Of a DNA stretch of 64,000 bases, positions 39,501 to 43,061 are shown one piece after another. Each line of letters opens with the position of its first letter. Position 1 is the stretch's first letter. The DNA comes from an uncultured Clostridia bacterium (GTDB lineage: Bacteria > Bacillota > Clostridia > Christensenellales > CAG-917): positions 17,867 through 81,866 of the forward strand of contig CAUSLO010000001.1 in the NCBI GenBank assembly GCA_963532875.1. The letters run 5' to 3'. The position numbers were made by a program, and so were the translations under genes. The notes beneath the pieces were generated by a model. The model ran no database searches. It had not been told where the DNA came from and saw only the letters and a list, made by a program, of their open reading frames with translations.

Positions 39501-41940
39501 TAACGATTTAGTTAGATATTATCGTGGATCAAATAAAGAATTCATAAAGGTTTACTTCGGAAGCAACAACTTACCAAAGAAGGTACAAATATTAAATACA
39601 TACAAATTCGATCCTAACTTTGTACCAGAAAAGATAACCCTTACATATGGTGCTTTGGTTGGGACAACAGAGTTGATTGATTGTGAACGTACTTTTGATA
39701 TTGAACTAAAGGGAATACCTTCAAAAGAAAATATGCAATTTGACATTAAGAAGAACTATACAATGAGATTGAATGTTCTTAATAATGGAAAAGCAGTTCA
39801 TAAACAAAACGTAACGTTGACAATTGAAAGTGCACAACCTTCTATGAGTACAACTAATATAGCATCGGATAAGGTTGATTTGACTGATGGAGGTCTAAAG
39901 CATAGATATGGTGCATACGATTCTGAAAGCGATTCAATCTTCACTAAGATTTACCAGAATCAATATAGCAAGGCAACAATGTACTTTGAAGGAAGATTTG
40001 TAACCCTATTAGAATGGAGCAGAATGCAGGGCGTTAAAGATAAACAAGGATATTCATTCTATAAGACATTGGGTGATGGAAGCGGCCAATATAGATATTC
40101 AGTAGACCCAGATACAAGACAATACAAGATTGATCCAGTGGGTGATTATGTTTATGCATACTCTTATTCTGATGAAGTCTCTGTAGAATGGGATTTAGCA
40201 GATTTAAGTTACAGCCATAAGGGCGGACGTAAGTATGTAAAAGCAAAATTAAGAAGCGATGTATTTAATTCTGTCGGAACGGTTTTGAAAGTCCCTGTAT
40301 ATATTGAAAGTGCATCATCAACATCTGAGACATTTGAATCATGGTCAAGCGATTACTTTGTAAAACGTAGTGGCGAGAGAATCTTTGATTATGTAAGGAA
40401 GGATGAAGCATTCTTTGAAAGATATGATGGATACACTGGTCAAAGATATGTTAAGACAGAGACTGGATATGCAATGGCAGATGCAAGAAATCCAGAAGCA
40501 ATTTACAAGGATGCGTTCGGAACAAAACTTACAAGAAGAGAATTGGCATTACCAAGAGATGTTCAAAGGTATACTTTAAAACGTAATGGCAAATATGTTG
40601 AAGACGATTTAGGAGTCTACTATAAAGACTTGTCTGGTGAATATAAAGAAATGACAGAAGCACAAAAAGGAGTATTTAAATACTTACCAGAAACAGTTAA
40701 ATTGAGTAACGGCAAAACAGTAGATGCATATTGGGATGTTTCAGGATTTAGCCCAGCATTAGAAGGTGGAGAATTTAGAATCACATTAAAGATAAATGTA
40801 AGAGGCGAATTCAACTATTTAATTAAGGCAAATAGCAAGAATAAACACGATGTAGGCATCCAAAACATTTACTATACAGTAGTAGTAAAGGACAACAAGG
40901 CAACAAGTCTAGATGTAAGTAAGAACAATGCATTGGCTAATAAAAATGGTTTTATAAATATGTGGACAGAGTCTGAAGTAACACCAAATAATCCATTATC
41001 TGCATACACATTTAAGCAAAATGCATTTGAGCAGGACATTAGCACTATTAGTGAACTTATCCTAAAAAATGAAGCAGGTGAGGAAATGAAATTTACAGGT
41101 ACAGCATCTGCAGGCAGCCTTGGAACATTTAAGTGGATATACAATGATATGACGCCTAATACATCTGGTAACGTAGCATACTTAAAAGCACTCATAACTT
41201 TAAAAGATGGAACAGAACAAACATTTAGTATTCCATTTGCATTCACAGAAGATAAGATTACAAAGATAAAATACGGTTCATATGAGAGCAATATCAATAA
41301 CAATGTTGCGGTTGCACCTTATCAAATTAACATTTATGACGCAACAACACATACGTTGCCAAATAGATATGACGTTACATATAACTCGGCACAATATAAA
41401 TATAGAAAGAACGAGTTTGGTTATATGGCAAAAACAACAGTACATTCAATGACTACTGGTCATACTGTTAATAAGGTAGACGCTGATGTAACTATGAAGA
41501 GTAATTATAAGTTATACATTGAGGGAACAACTTCAAAAGGTGTAAATGGAGAAGGAACATTGTACTTTGGTGATTATGCAAAATTAACAGTACCATACAC
41601 TGTAGCACAAGTAAACAAACCAAGCGGAGCATGGAATTCAGGATTAGTATCTGGTAACAAATTAGTTACAAGAAAGAATGGATACCCAGTTGTTTGGAGA
41701 GGAACAGCAAAAGTATACAGAGCAGATGGAACAATTGTGACTGAGTATAATGTTGAAATCAGTAGCAGAGATGAATATACAACATTGACTGCAGATAACT
41801 ACCAAAGAGTTGTCTATACATTGACACCATACTATGGAGTTATACTTGATATTAACAACAATATCATCAGTGGAAGAGAAAACAACGGTTCGCCAAAAGC
41901 ATGGGAGAGTGGGACAACTCAAACGGTAAATATTAACTAG
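15559..41940 (+). CDS. giant surface lipoprotein, 8,793 aa, function unknown
   Basis: 26,382 nt without a stop in AT-rich DNA, where antisense ORFs within it top out near 180 codons. Strong RBS. Lipoprotein leader MKKLKSLKALLIITLIAVLVSTFAAC (Cys26 at 15634-15636) followed by TKKKKSNTKPGTGQ. Hairpin terminator just downstream. Confidence 0.9.
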   Translation: MKKLKSLKALLIITLIAVLVSTFAACTKKKKSNTKPGTGQIESSMEGKYISSLDAWEDLKKAGQRTGGSRYITFENDYSLDFNSQIKGQNKAHSYSNVPALKVRMAANIDTQDINSQSKIAFDVFNQTTGKKIMGFYYDSDYRGQGSRLFMDFSGILKSRHIEGHQIHQVTDAQGNERYGVYTVNTRDINPATIIELINNISSQSEISRVLAKNLLNLNLGTFLKDSNGKLVVSVTIERLFKEFLLGKNSLAKKTELPGENNYTLDIPINMGLITGLIPVLMKLVPGDVFDLVREQFGLNLETLRAMAGINLVLKAQIESGKIRRIGATFDARLDSRIARDLENKYGSFDKEFLANFEKKNNILAGFSQNALNIDFDDENSKYCIRDYDGSKIDLDKSATYNPLQFDFNAKLIFNLEQRKFTVDSALGMFGDLLKNVLNENIDSNSPLYRMIIETLQGSAKINVRAAGKYSNVDFNRTEMLLEFRRDNDDLLGTIAYLGSEDRAYLDFSPIFGSKLKLKTSKLEFKKFLANTANDLVAKLNSVLNPLAKSNDADERAFYGNYREQMKGYIPMYTTDDGPSSTIDLVAKILQSIKLDQDENIINLKTLQLHLAQDILNKIMKQFVFKDDTPSPVTDIDIQLLNGGFGLHKELKLTAKIDGGVDNFGANVGLELKGKFGSYNTEIKGILDNIKGDNEYIEMTTDSLKNGFKNLGLNLEALKVKTKIPFKLSAELAKSDLLKLKYEKKFDAENGNRPKLFGKTLNEVLIDLLISAQEQLEPDLDIELEAVLNLKEGFNIKAIFNSEIQLAVKGRWKSGSAYDNIFKLNISQGEIFLETKLLGIGKAKIKLSEILPQIESLLNSLKANKKTNDAPKAVAEDKMQTYKFEQKDDKGKYYKATVNGRTVYYKVENGVIPATTERYLLIADATGEYVKVVKEGKTSFVKKSELAESEKPYVATKNAIIPLVSSLISGIKLGTDRIEAYMAQNVFAKLGSVIGFLKDLKVEFIGTEAGPDGHFYMNINGLRLSEAQIGFTGSSAANTFKFEVSGLKVGVGNDFTLENATQPFAKIATGYRDVFEDPSYYAQARMRFNFDIKDTSIEKINLHNNVKLDYTFDMKGSLDFRPLVEYLQGKEINTLSNNSEFLMELRGANFKDNVTDADRELYMGLYYSAGYLYADFSKLGIDKTRIKFDLYETLLKLLLKDNKLNINGASTTAKTCEPANQNPNEVVDLGIKLGMLLSSKTLQLKVLGQLAETIMKLFKVNVGNLNVALNVFLEQILKTDKIGKEFSEVDADAEFKVETSDHNGQETAKLNISIKGLAAEIGHRPIKIKKGATDYQTLPEYLTEHSFDQVDLFDKYGDLKFNGGFFEAKGNFRFKADASTAHWTVGKWIEQLWSKLDKDGKVPADLKSMIGQLAFNFNIPINVEQEYGYRIAAKLRTGGTTFDFADNAKFIKLDQKPSDATWQSVDYKIYKYNESFRKFMELTADELAGPLAYNGDVFRKAYKDGEGNKFEEITEKEKTDIDNINASTENGKNELNKKDLYIKEGDEYLRLRTEKIQNYPGKIYKRKAPFDVKKILSNSDVALEFYGENINNIKFNKSDVNDPKYFGKAAKLSVRVESQGTTNSQGMGLSTVYIDYGKFHFKVEDIALESLFKKDGSNQTSGAPSTPQNPPANKPSILDLIKKAISGVEIDNTAVVAKIAEKFPEYLVKHFFNIDVDSNFVKFTPYSQLSLAWANLGFNFQVGVEPFLLGLELSKWRLSLSEDATVMPEGFDRTKYASPKSKGTISMNTKGQLKLKLTDDNRMVLKFQDYLAAFNSDILTNLGLEVEKNVEYIFSAAMSTNIDLADPSRTQIVFEVYNNNTKEFLYAFYINGDKLYVDKGIFGKKTRLPNRKTYTLQGTAYASMIVNELNNLFGMVSDKLAARTTSPDQDISLGMKILQKGIGVSITQKVVLAILGTFLKQSNLVDTINKIPDVDLKVFADADFDNWNVDVGFTSKIGSLKLSVIEPKISTEYDNNITNQIEEAKKFMQISQGEYDDLPATSTDGLSKADFETDRYDYDVTSTSGSKYVVNTDGKFMKLKNKSRFHAYQRTGIMTFNMTLEVGYNVLSTYKRIPEVTSGEDPIEKYSYNNRYRRNDADGSFEQSDTGRYVKTPLNLNGIIETLLQIQKIREQLEKTEITLNKGKATEKKISLLSILNRIALENAVNDDFSDIYYLTLKGRIDTDALNLYEILTGQKRLEDVSIDLNDIVNAIQLGFELEIGKGTPQYKKMGIYLIKGQVFLKMNEIAGFNVKLDLYDFAKGFGILDQKSQIREILTAGGVSSLNPKKDKYGIEGTDGEQTPENRGNDKLKKFVKIVDSIVKSIVLRSKLDIEHSSHLDILFQSKIIQSVFELILKKKVDSLKDLALNDEKSGIFMQFPEDETGNQTKIRFAIRTKNNNGVEYGQDLTIGATTEVNVNSQSTENILSDAEINSYTSMDGYVNNIIDIIGKITKEKYQAVNSDVMHYMFTKYDENDTEAKNNKDKYVYKFTENKDGDTVISGTFHRILADKISNVEQKDRYMRINVIYMNGKFYKIVFKQDNKGMFIYDKNLGDYVIAKPDKLARVDAKNRFGFTYEELSSEEVEGINGSNPTKHLAVLDGSHIGVGIRYKTLSKRNGSDVSGDPKSEVLLKENNGSNPVEYYYFEKTKEGNYVLNKFPKVYRAMTKAEIIKLNNNEATTPEEQKTNRYFKFSVKKQDGKNIVTKYVKDSAGEFVFNDMTYEFEPYTSSSTGQRYRKVEEELPYGTILYKKTNRITTDDQFVSFEGTMVTTMDILDVKEYSTSSLGGILAETFKQMIFKIKARSTFNDGIGFRLRGNVDLKKFDFKALMSGDFKSFLTKTEWDALQLAFEIVEVQNGKVVYTNDPEGRLDADGNILQVPKVRGGIYFSNNKIYFDGVDIFDNVKTYTYIPNFDALLKSVPDYIEKGKKLLEGLKESLKKIKTTDGGEEVDRDSSLEFLFSNEATQLTLTKSIIKLLVTLFLPQLGNIDNVFDQFDFSVGMDYGENTYKKISDVINNTDELNKIAPQDYRYEATNARLYTPADENNKDKYVYEQKTGVAGTYYVYAKGESGVGKYRVDFVQNAGTQGRYVAVYAVGKTFYRFIVPQESRYSKFDTVQWVSNPTLGRYAKASNGGITEYFDLEQYQIYKDEGGAKVATKERAPGVRYIRYGSVYYTIEGYFDRKIGYVHDENGDYFKYSTKFRSFDRVGLAAELKIGKSKFVGKLTGLKLDFGKDEILLPKYVREGKSKNNINKDVPLNNYTDTRLSFSTSVDFEAAITEGQFDLGKLVSHIVGNIAGVKMETPATAKGYSSGHFRADLKFMLDLKNYGNSEINFELKQISEVGVPNKWLGFYFVNDIMYMDLSYFGLPKVSVSSVSVHKLVTDILEKIKKGEKLDIKDIIKQNAGAYTTEAVSTSDDNQLAGTFLFDKRRLTVAITKLLINWILDKVEIAPGKTLRYLINQELDSNVDVNIDVRDSLNFGADVIFKLKGEKYTKVNASEVVDDKTLTYFDFVADSDGRYIQLANGEFKMLARNEESSNQRYKKREVVKRGTNWYIAQYVQDNAGEVVFDSRTREYRAIKIGEYVEERYRFKRNLVASTVGDIYKVSKSTTLTDNPYDTTLKISFGISDAQLYFTDGQNYSLTNDVLKGYVDIEEIKTLQFKDTIDITTLVRNTDIIDFKDLLAHFLPADQIQNIEALVKNGEGVDLNYKFELRLEGEIKLAALVNYLRKTVAPDAEIDFFSRRFTIFDAIKLVKDLFEKKDLKIAELLNYVNAKIELYVNGNPLKGTDGKTYFGDQHKVIGMYVKPDTYAELTADEKDSTNLKYVAPNKRYSHYFKNKNGAYIYRDGQYVSAGSEKVNTYSYDPFNWYLNENGEYKKIGGSLDIDLSYLRVKSLTISMEDLVLLANDLLSKKTSKTTADTPFADKKLKFPFLNNEISSIITAFLYGFRMTSSYVRMLVTPDYINQILKLIAKDKDPIVFNTPFKDSSYVQMNTELVNYKFKEEAHATADEIKTTPNRFTLKEAEYGAYYKTQDGNYAPIEALSKSELADYLATGKKLYDIDRIEGYIYVDGNRDNNYDNVRYNGKYYLPTDNTVSSLGDDYLLPISKSTQDERDRARKRDLGGGKSTFMLHVPKKEKRGWYKKNIDGSFTKFKSVTERNQYIFENGEGSLYTFTNTDVLQTVTGEVGTHVVSPVGEITPSAGGQYIYPTTDGTFLLGVNTDKKKPILTAKFYIWDYSTTIDLNVPSFSSRQINFKSATADTLLEHNRYVEKPVYGYEREDFDRFKDKYTTGGNFDPDKYYANPNYVFYRDPQATVGQISTEDTYHKLDINELYEKDATGFTKLTGTITLAQWQKIFEDDSNIYMNVLDGRQKVKLGSRNVYTKEELRKLHSIVDGGNLIMDPDPEVSPYEKPNKAYLVKKYDYASTDGYVYDIENNKYVLYSTYTAPYGLDKTKLTRYEETQVSYKRGDEIFNVSTTIRGGIFLNNAYLQIAEYVKMQQAVNPSYQISDIPADRRYRNEAGKYIQDNNGDYVILNPNGESEIIGKVLGALVGQLNGRIDVTKGFTGEVLFEMKLNLTFEMHVQPELEFKIHDLDVAFDVWRRKNDKNVGGTLEDGSLQHIMGLYYNKDTETGETGLYMDLSWLLGESGKLSMKLENSAVEEVVGKIITEKLIKKNDKKPSAQTTAPVEPKIPGADATKKAIYLSMFKNTVSVDLTVGILKTILGAAMENASKITKLFPNFKLYVKGNSLPYYLAAGMMLFNENGTKALVDISLRLEGLNGNPETSSTVEYSSTEEHNEAFENSRMKGLDNSEYDQTEASKYTFYYANFSHKQNGNFSTDKTTWKKAYLRTPNAGDFERDTKDGNTVLYKEIRPQAVPGYYNKSKIFTLAEDGKTYIEFGTKYSGKTIYEEIVNTDDFKRSKDALFVFENQVYRRVSKAELAGYQGKIYSDNSGATEWDKVSPSIDEIKAGTAKVYKMVSDFIGYKSIAELNLQDILTNVEKKTFEAKDILDKVTLNSIEMSTQMNLTASLEGIINYTKQMSEFVNSSAQSYLMALIAGLSSSLDKSEKIKFDIVAEIKAWLNMRKFLSEKDILDKLEGAKVALNLAVTHKITSATEKTTNIKMYAEINNGFLEGFLDFSNINLGTTGNFLAQKIKVKLNLTKLFKKNTYASGTSYIARSTSGDEENSGILPAKLTSLLNILIGKILVTNDLFSVGFNPNIISSLVKKFAPELADDPETNRLLGYLPKLRETLDNTNSAINADFSQYRPKFGMKIGVEADQEFFVTKEEYKNNKLKINKSGTDWNVADGTYNKVGDKFVFAGTSGTHVLVSNSKYALISYAYPNKPWTGDKYKNVNGNFVQDSSGKYLMLGDIDVSINFGDISLKYDQAFSETKPNAVEYKELTDQKLNVDMSVDFAFSGKNVPGQDEVDFGPLLDRIMEVIAPKSSARNKLKLKIQETLGKDDKQVGNISVYGYVDINNFANTQLRITVSKYKDDGQLDEIVRMYYYDDSLFVDTSRFFGNAGRMAFTNLGVTEKLDEAVGKIIKKANDSLKTTASVFEFENNPHSGTGTFDYPYLMMLTKPQVFITQLNALLINALYRKIMQMRGKPTVDNYIPDIGSILIKGTGTDEHGNAQLGGKLQLKLTDSIMMGLSTKTLAVNSGYQDKLSGTEPSDLLEETTSFAEATDGLDKVSKVIRSKKDGDTVANFDKLYKRRYRKVLDFKQIEDKKIDIKTLSAKFNASMELDFTGLTESAPGYATSFNKWLVELVRSLVDGKDMFGKYVPIADQDEFNQIKNSKVKIFEKDGDGYKEVVKDDSLAFVAGKYFKFDAFKLSLISNRQRVNLNVQVKADINLPAVLQNGLSGLLYSDFEMTVSLAQPQNHQLVKLTYLGSSKLKKGTASGYDNQYYLDENDLAVGEKRIFSDALYIDASGLGLGKIKFQGVTGLLGGKQLRQAGTTAPKQLKDHGALLIDILLSKNRFGISLSKSVVEFALDILGVSLPFNLPPIQNIRLDVEYQSNGIKSMKIESKLDDQGARVKLSAEDIDFKLEERLLDVKELTKQVKAGYAGLTFSKTAGIGSLIQNVIDNINPSVSVALEKRSAYTTALGISWGKWQVGGGYAGTLAVMKISREKMKLGTYNEINGSDITRLKVTVAATHQLGYINMGRTNNPSGLDVGVTGNNIYLTHINVLAGFGSNLDAVKKQLNVVAIEGKSGQPLLGMVKGDDGDDRDFAYPTNETNKIKSGWSTAKKVGREYTTPTLDELKNDPERKYSYTPRLRNLIKDVKLNMFTDIGYNPNINGRKVDSNDGGKSARFSLDVTMDRDAYNELVLKVTTLLLNIVREALDSDPNDYRYITHWSAMRGTDYTDDNDVTSDGKTGAFIGYKYYQDVSRYDGNYTITRLLRDFDSLVVDGKNTRELVEWLNDYLPSMTRMFELFVTYANAHLNKRLYGIIMTGFWKNLANLANLVNAFLPLPFASYSNINGFNADPKLKLYMDMVPDFSKYHLNSTVNQIYPGIQSIELLVNAEKWDNGTDIRYTFEKNPNESHGSFHVNQKATETTNDHEHAFNHMLMRIMPNALTDAGRDGIIKRLNVSGNNKNKMVSFHESEKIKDMVGSNTNVPTEIEITDPARRSGTMLVNGVKAPIELRDSFLSNPNNLPQYVNLQYVDKYQTDTIGNPGAQYSNGRGTSIVWDASSIDFTPKKTSEQNRVLVGYLYGYALNSVVAAVPVYVTDTFELKTVEEVYKSGNKFKTRDLGIDIASQSKTYQNTLPQLVSMTFKQGGTYTFGTALKLKNGKMAKAIRYKDGSPVKLGKKPDGTQILNEDKNEYELMPAYEAGLIPDGDDYQMDNLVLDDEGKPKYYKLDMSQIPTKSARPIGTIEWDYKKFKYEWKETELTIPFKYQWGASSIISGQVKVPVKNYNVEEVKKLVNKANNKKYKSLTFDSLKEMPGNLYEFINQLDQLETNVGKFDVKWDLENLKKRLEEIAVRDSAGNITGYEYYKGIDLKLTAYIGGNNFKARKTLNELTGLFAHGFSGKGDTTSLYTNNGTEIDYEKGYYVAQKVEIPLKVLGSVYSGTKNKLEYDPYANKELNDSTFADEKLKIDFVGKDKTIGLKPEQYDISAPYIWNYGMGRYEAYTLTDPITYEGFDVTKLYAKVTIKTPKLLSHDGTTASNVANQTVYLPINVLKMKAKTINYKLKNALDEEWYKSVSKFTNVSFEGNKKQHDVIPDWSKGVKYYKDKSMTVLAEDIFEGGTYYLKVPGEVQNNLGQSMGTANGTVEKQIFTVELKVDKPKISQIKFYKKDIYYNQEYQTIAETELKNPANYVEQYAGFESTGKLNPSEYLKHNSDYLKTGEYGNFREGTPVLATLENGESSITYVKAFDLSKFKLNEAVTKLGVKLGNIVTEVDVNVLSTTIDDINISSACLTKVGTFEYNYDVQQNWNLPSNVDLVTSDMTYTNTSIVWDKIYPGSLAMSNDIQDGKFVRKATIFAGTEIEQVKDVTFNITNQVGHDIIEFTLKGIEKDGDKYIYNAFSSDPVPSKADVVVDDGSNTTITDVDVTFRENFRPTYEEIRNGQFTRKATFFGDKFVDLTFEVIGGQNISIDGLVDTKYQISADDFYKGLNKKATVNVGGVQAEGTVEWYYTNGRTVDEVCALNDDELKASKVTYTQDGLPETEVFAMVKINNDKHCLYGIKLTVAKAEKSPQLTRTVMFDTFGQDANAELKNIDGEAVDVEVKVGNSVYNVRVKYKVPETIEKDFNKVSGKDVEFTFTCVNPDYKANSTNHVLFKGSVYIMDRRASEIKDDKYKSLTIDPTMISKMADLNLPNKVLVETREGQPVEMLIEWPSDSNITIDGGDYNDAEGRVSLYRETSIGLYCYELVNKEYKYMLVSEYEELQKKNNPNYVYTGRRFAKYSSSINIPTTVLRRRVLNSTFVLPGYTFIYETKEGNDLVRYYRGSNKEFIKVYFGSNNLPKKVQILNTYKFDPNFVPEKITLTYGALVGTTELIDCERTFDIELKGIPSKENMQFDIKKNYTMRLNVLNNGKAVHKQNVTLTIESAQPSMSTTNIASDKVDLTDGGLKHRYGAYDSESDSIFTKIYQNQYSKATMYFEGRFVTLLEWSRMQGVKDKQGYSFYKTLGDGSGQYRYSVDPDTRQYKIDPVGDYVYAYSYSDEVSVEWDLADLSYSHKGGRKYVKAKLRSDVFNSVGTVLKVPVYIESASSTSETFESWSSDYFVKRSGERIFDYVRKDEAFFERYDGYTGQRYVKTETGYAMADARNPEAIYKDAFGTKLTRRELALPRDVQRYTLKRNGKYVEDDLGVYYKDLSGEYKEMTEAQKGVFKYLPETVKLSNGKTVDAYWDVSGFSPALEGGEFRITLKINVRGEFNYLIKANSKNKHDVGIQNIYYTVVVKDNKATSLDVSKNNALANKNGFINMWTESEVTPNNPLSAYTFKQNAFEQDISTISELILKNEAGEEMKFTGTASAGSLGTFKWIYNDMTPNTSGNVAYLKALITLKDGTEQTFSIPFAFTEDKITKIKYGSYESNINNNVAVAPYQINIYDATTHTLPNRYDVTYNSAQYKYRKNEFGYMAKTTVHSMTTGHTVNKVDADVTMKSNYKLYIEGTTSKGVNGEGTLYFGDYAKLTVPYTVAQVNKPSGAWNSGLVSGNKLVTRKNGYPVVWRGTAKVYRADGTIVTEYNVEISSRDEYTTLTADNYQRVVYTLTPYYGVILDINNNIISGRENNGSPKAWESGTTQTVNIN
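15958..33490 (+). repeat. protein-level array of 13-14 highly diverged ~350-aa modules (no DNA-level repeat)
   Basis: Recurrent anchor [ML]-G-h-Y-[YF]...h-[YF]-h-D-h-S..G..K-h-K-h at about 15958, 17044, 18022 (weak), 19045, 20437 (weak), 21151, 22366, 24319, 25711, 27067/27307, 29530, 31036, 32179 and 33322/33439. Each copy is flanked by the same ordered set of other conserved blocks (see findings). Confidence 0.6.
35720..41940 (+). repeat. C-terminal array of roughly ten beta-sandwich (Ig-like?) units
   Basis: Recurrent h-x-W-[DEY] unit starts: SIVWDASSIDF ~35730, IEWDYKKF ~36298, VKWDLENL ~36570, SIVWDKIYPG ~38041, VEWYYTNG ~38575, IEWPSDSNI ~39184, VEWDLADLSY ~40180, AYWDVSGF ~40725, FKWIYNDM ~41128, VVWRGTAKVY ~41688. 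Each is followed by strand-like V-x-V/Y-x-V segments. The fold assignment is inference. Confidence 0.4.
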
Positions 41941-41948
41941 ATGAATTG

Positions 41949-41978
41949 ATTCAAGTGGCTAGCATCAGCCACTTGAAT
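41949..41978 (+). terminator. rho-independent-type terminator hairpin after the giant gene
   Basis: ATTCAAGTGGCT / AGCATC loop / AGCCACTTGAAT: a 12-bp perfect stem starting 9 nt after the TAG stop, followed by the pyrimidine-rich TTCTGCTTC. Confidence 0.6.
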
Positions 41979-42026
41979 TCTGCTTCATAATAAGAAGAAT
42001 TAGATAAAGAGGAAGACTAGAGAGTA

Positions 42027-43061
42027 ATGGCAGATATTTTTTTCAATATGCTAACGCTAGTAGCCATGATGATACCAGGTTACTTGTTAGTAAAAAGCAA
42101 ACTTGTTAAAGAGAATTCACTAAAAAGTTTTTCAGCACTATTGCTGTATGTTGGTCAGCCCTTCTTATCACTTGCATCATTCTTAGGTACAAAGTATACA
42201 AAGGAAATAGGTTTAAATTTATTATATGCCTTCTTATTCGCTCTGATTTTTCAATTGGTATTGTTTGGAATAGTCTATTTGATAACTTTTAAGTTCTATG
42301 ACAATCCAAAGGAATCAAAAGAGTTACTAGCAGATGAAAAATTTGATCCAATATTTATCTTGGCTGGTAGTGAAGAAGAGCAATTGTATAAGAGAATAAA
42401 GAGGGGACGTGCCACGCGTGCGATGGCATTATGTACAATTTTCGGGAATGTGGGTTTTTTTGGTGTACCAGTCTTAAAGGTGTTATTCCCAGGGAATGAC
42501 GTCGTTATCGCATATTCATCAATGTATGTACTAGCAATGAATTTAATGGCATGGACAATTGGCGTGTTTATAATAACTGGAGAGAGGAAATACATAAGCA
42601 TACGAAAGGCACTAATAAATCCACAAACAATAACTTTGATAATTGCTCTGCCAATACTGTTAACTAACAGTGGTTCAAAAGTACCACAACAGATTAGCAA
42701 TATGATAAAGATGTTAGGTGATATGACAACCCCATTGTGCATGATAGTATTGGGACTAAGATTTGGATTTGTCAAAATTAAAGATTTCTTCACAGATTAC
42801 AAGATATTTATATCGGTATTCCTTAAAATATTAGCAATACCACTAATTGTATTTGGGGTAATGTATAAAATCCCAATGGAACTTGAACTTAAGAGGACTT
42901 TGATAATATTATCTGGAATGCCTACAGCGGTTATTACTTTAGGTTTCAGCGAATTATATGGGGGAGATCAAAAGAGCACTGCTAGTATGGTTTTACTTTC
43001 TTCTATCCTTGCATCAGCAACAATTCCGTTAATGATGTTTTTAGTTGGAAAAATCAGTTAA
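42027..43061 (+). CDS. AEC (auxin efflux carrier) family membrane transporter
   Basis: 344 aa. Two hydrophobic 5-TM-like halves separated by a charged loop. N-terminus MADIFFNMLTLVAMMIPGYLLVKSKLV and LLYVGQPFLSLASF are typical of the Mem_trans/AEC family. Confidence 0.7.
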   Translation: MADIFFNMLTLVAMMIPGYLLVKSKLVKENSLKSFSALLLYVGQPFLSLASFLGTKYTKEIGLNLLYAFLFALIFQLVLFGIVYLITFKFYDNPKESKELLADEKFDPIFILAGSEEEQLYKRIKRGRATRAMALCTIFGNVGFFGVPVLKVLFPGNDVVIAYSSMYVLAMNLMAWTIGVFIITGERKYISIRKALINPQTITLIIALPILLTNSGSKVPQQISNMIKMLGDMTTPLCMIVLGLRFGFVKIKDFFTDYKIFISVFLKILAIPLIVFGVMYKIPMELELKRTLIILSGMPTAVITLGFSELYGGDQKSTASMVLLSSILASATIPLMMFLVGKIS

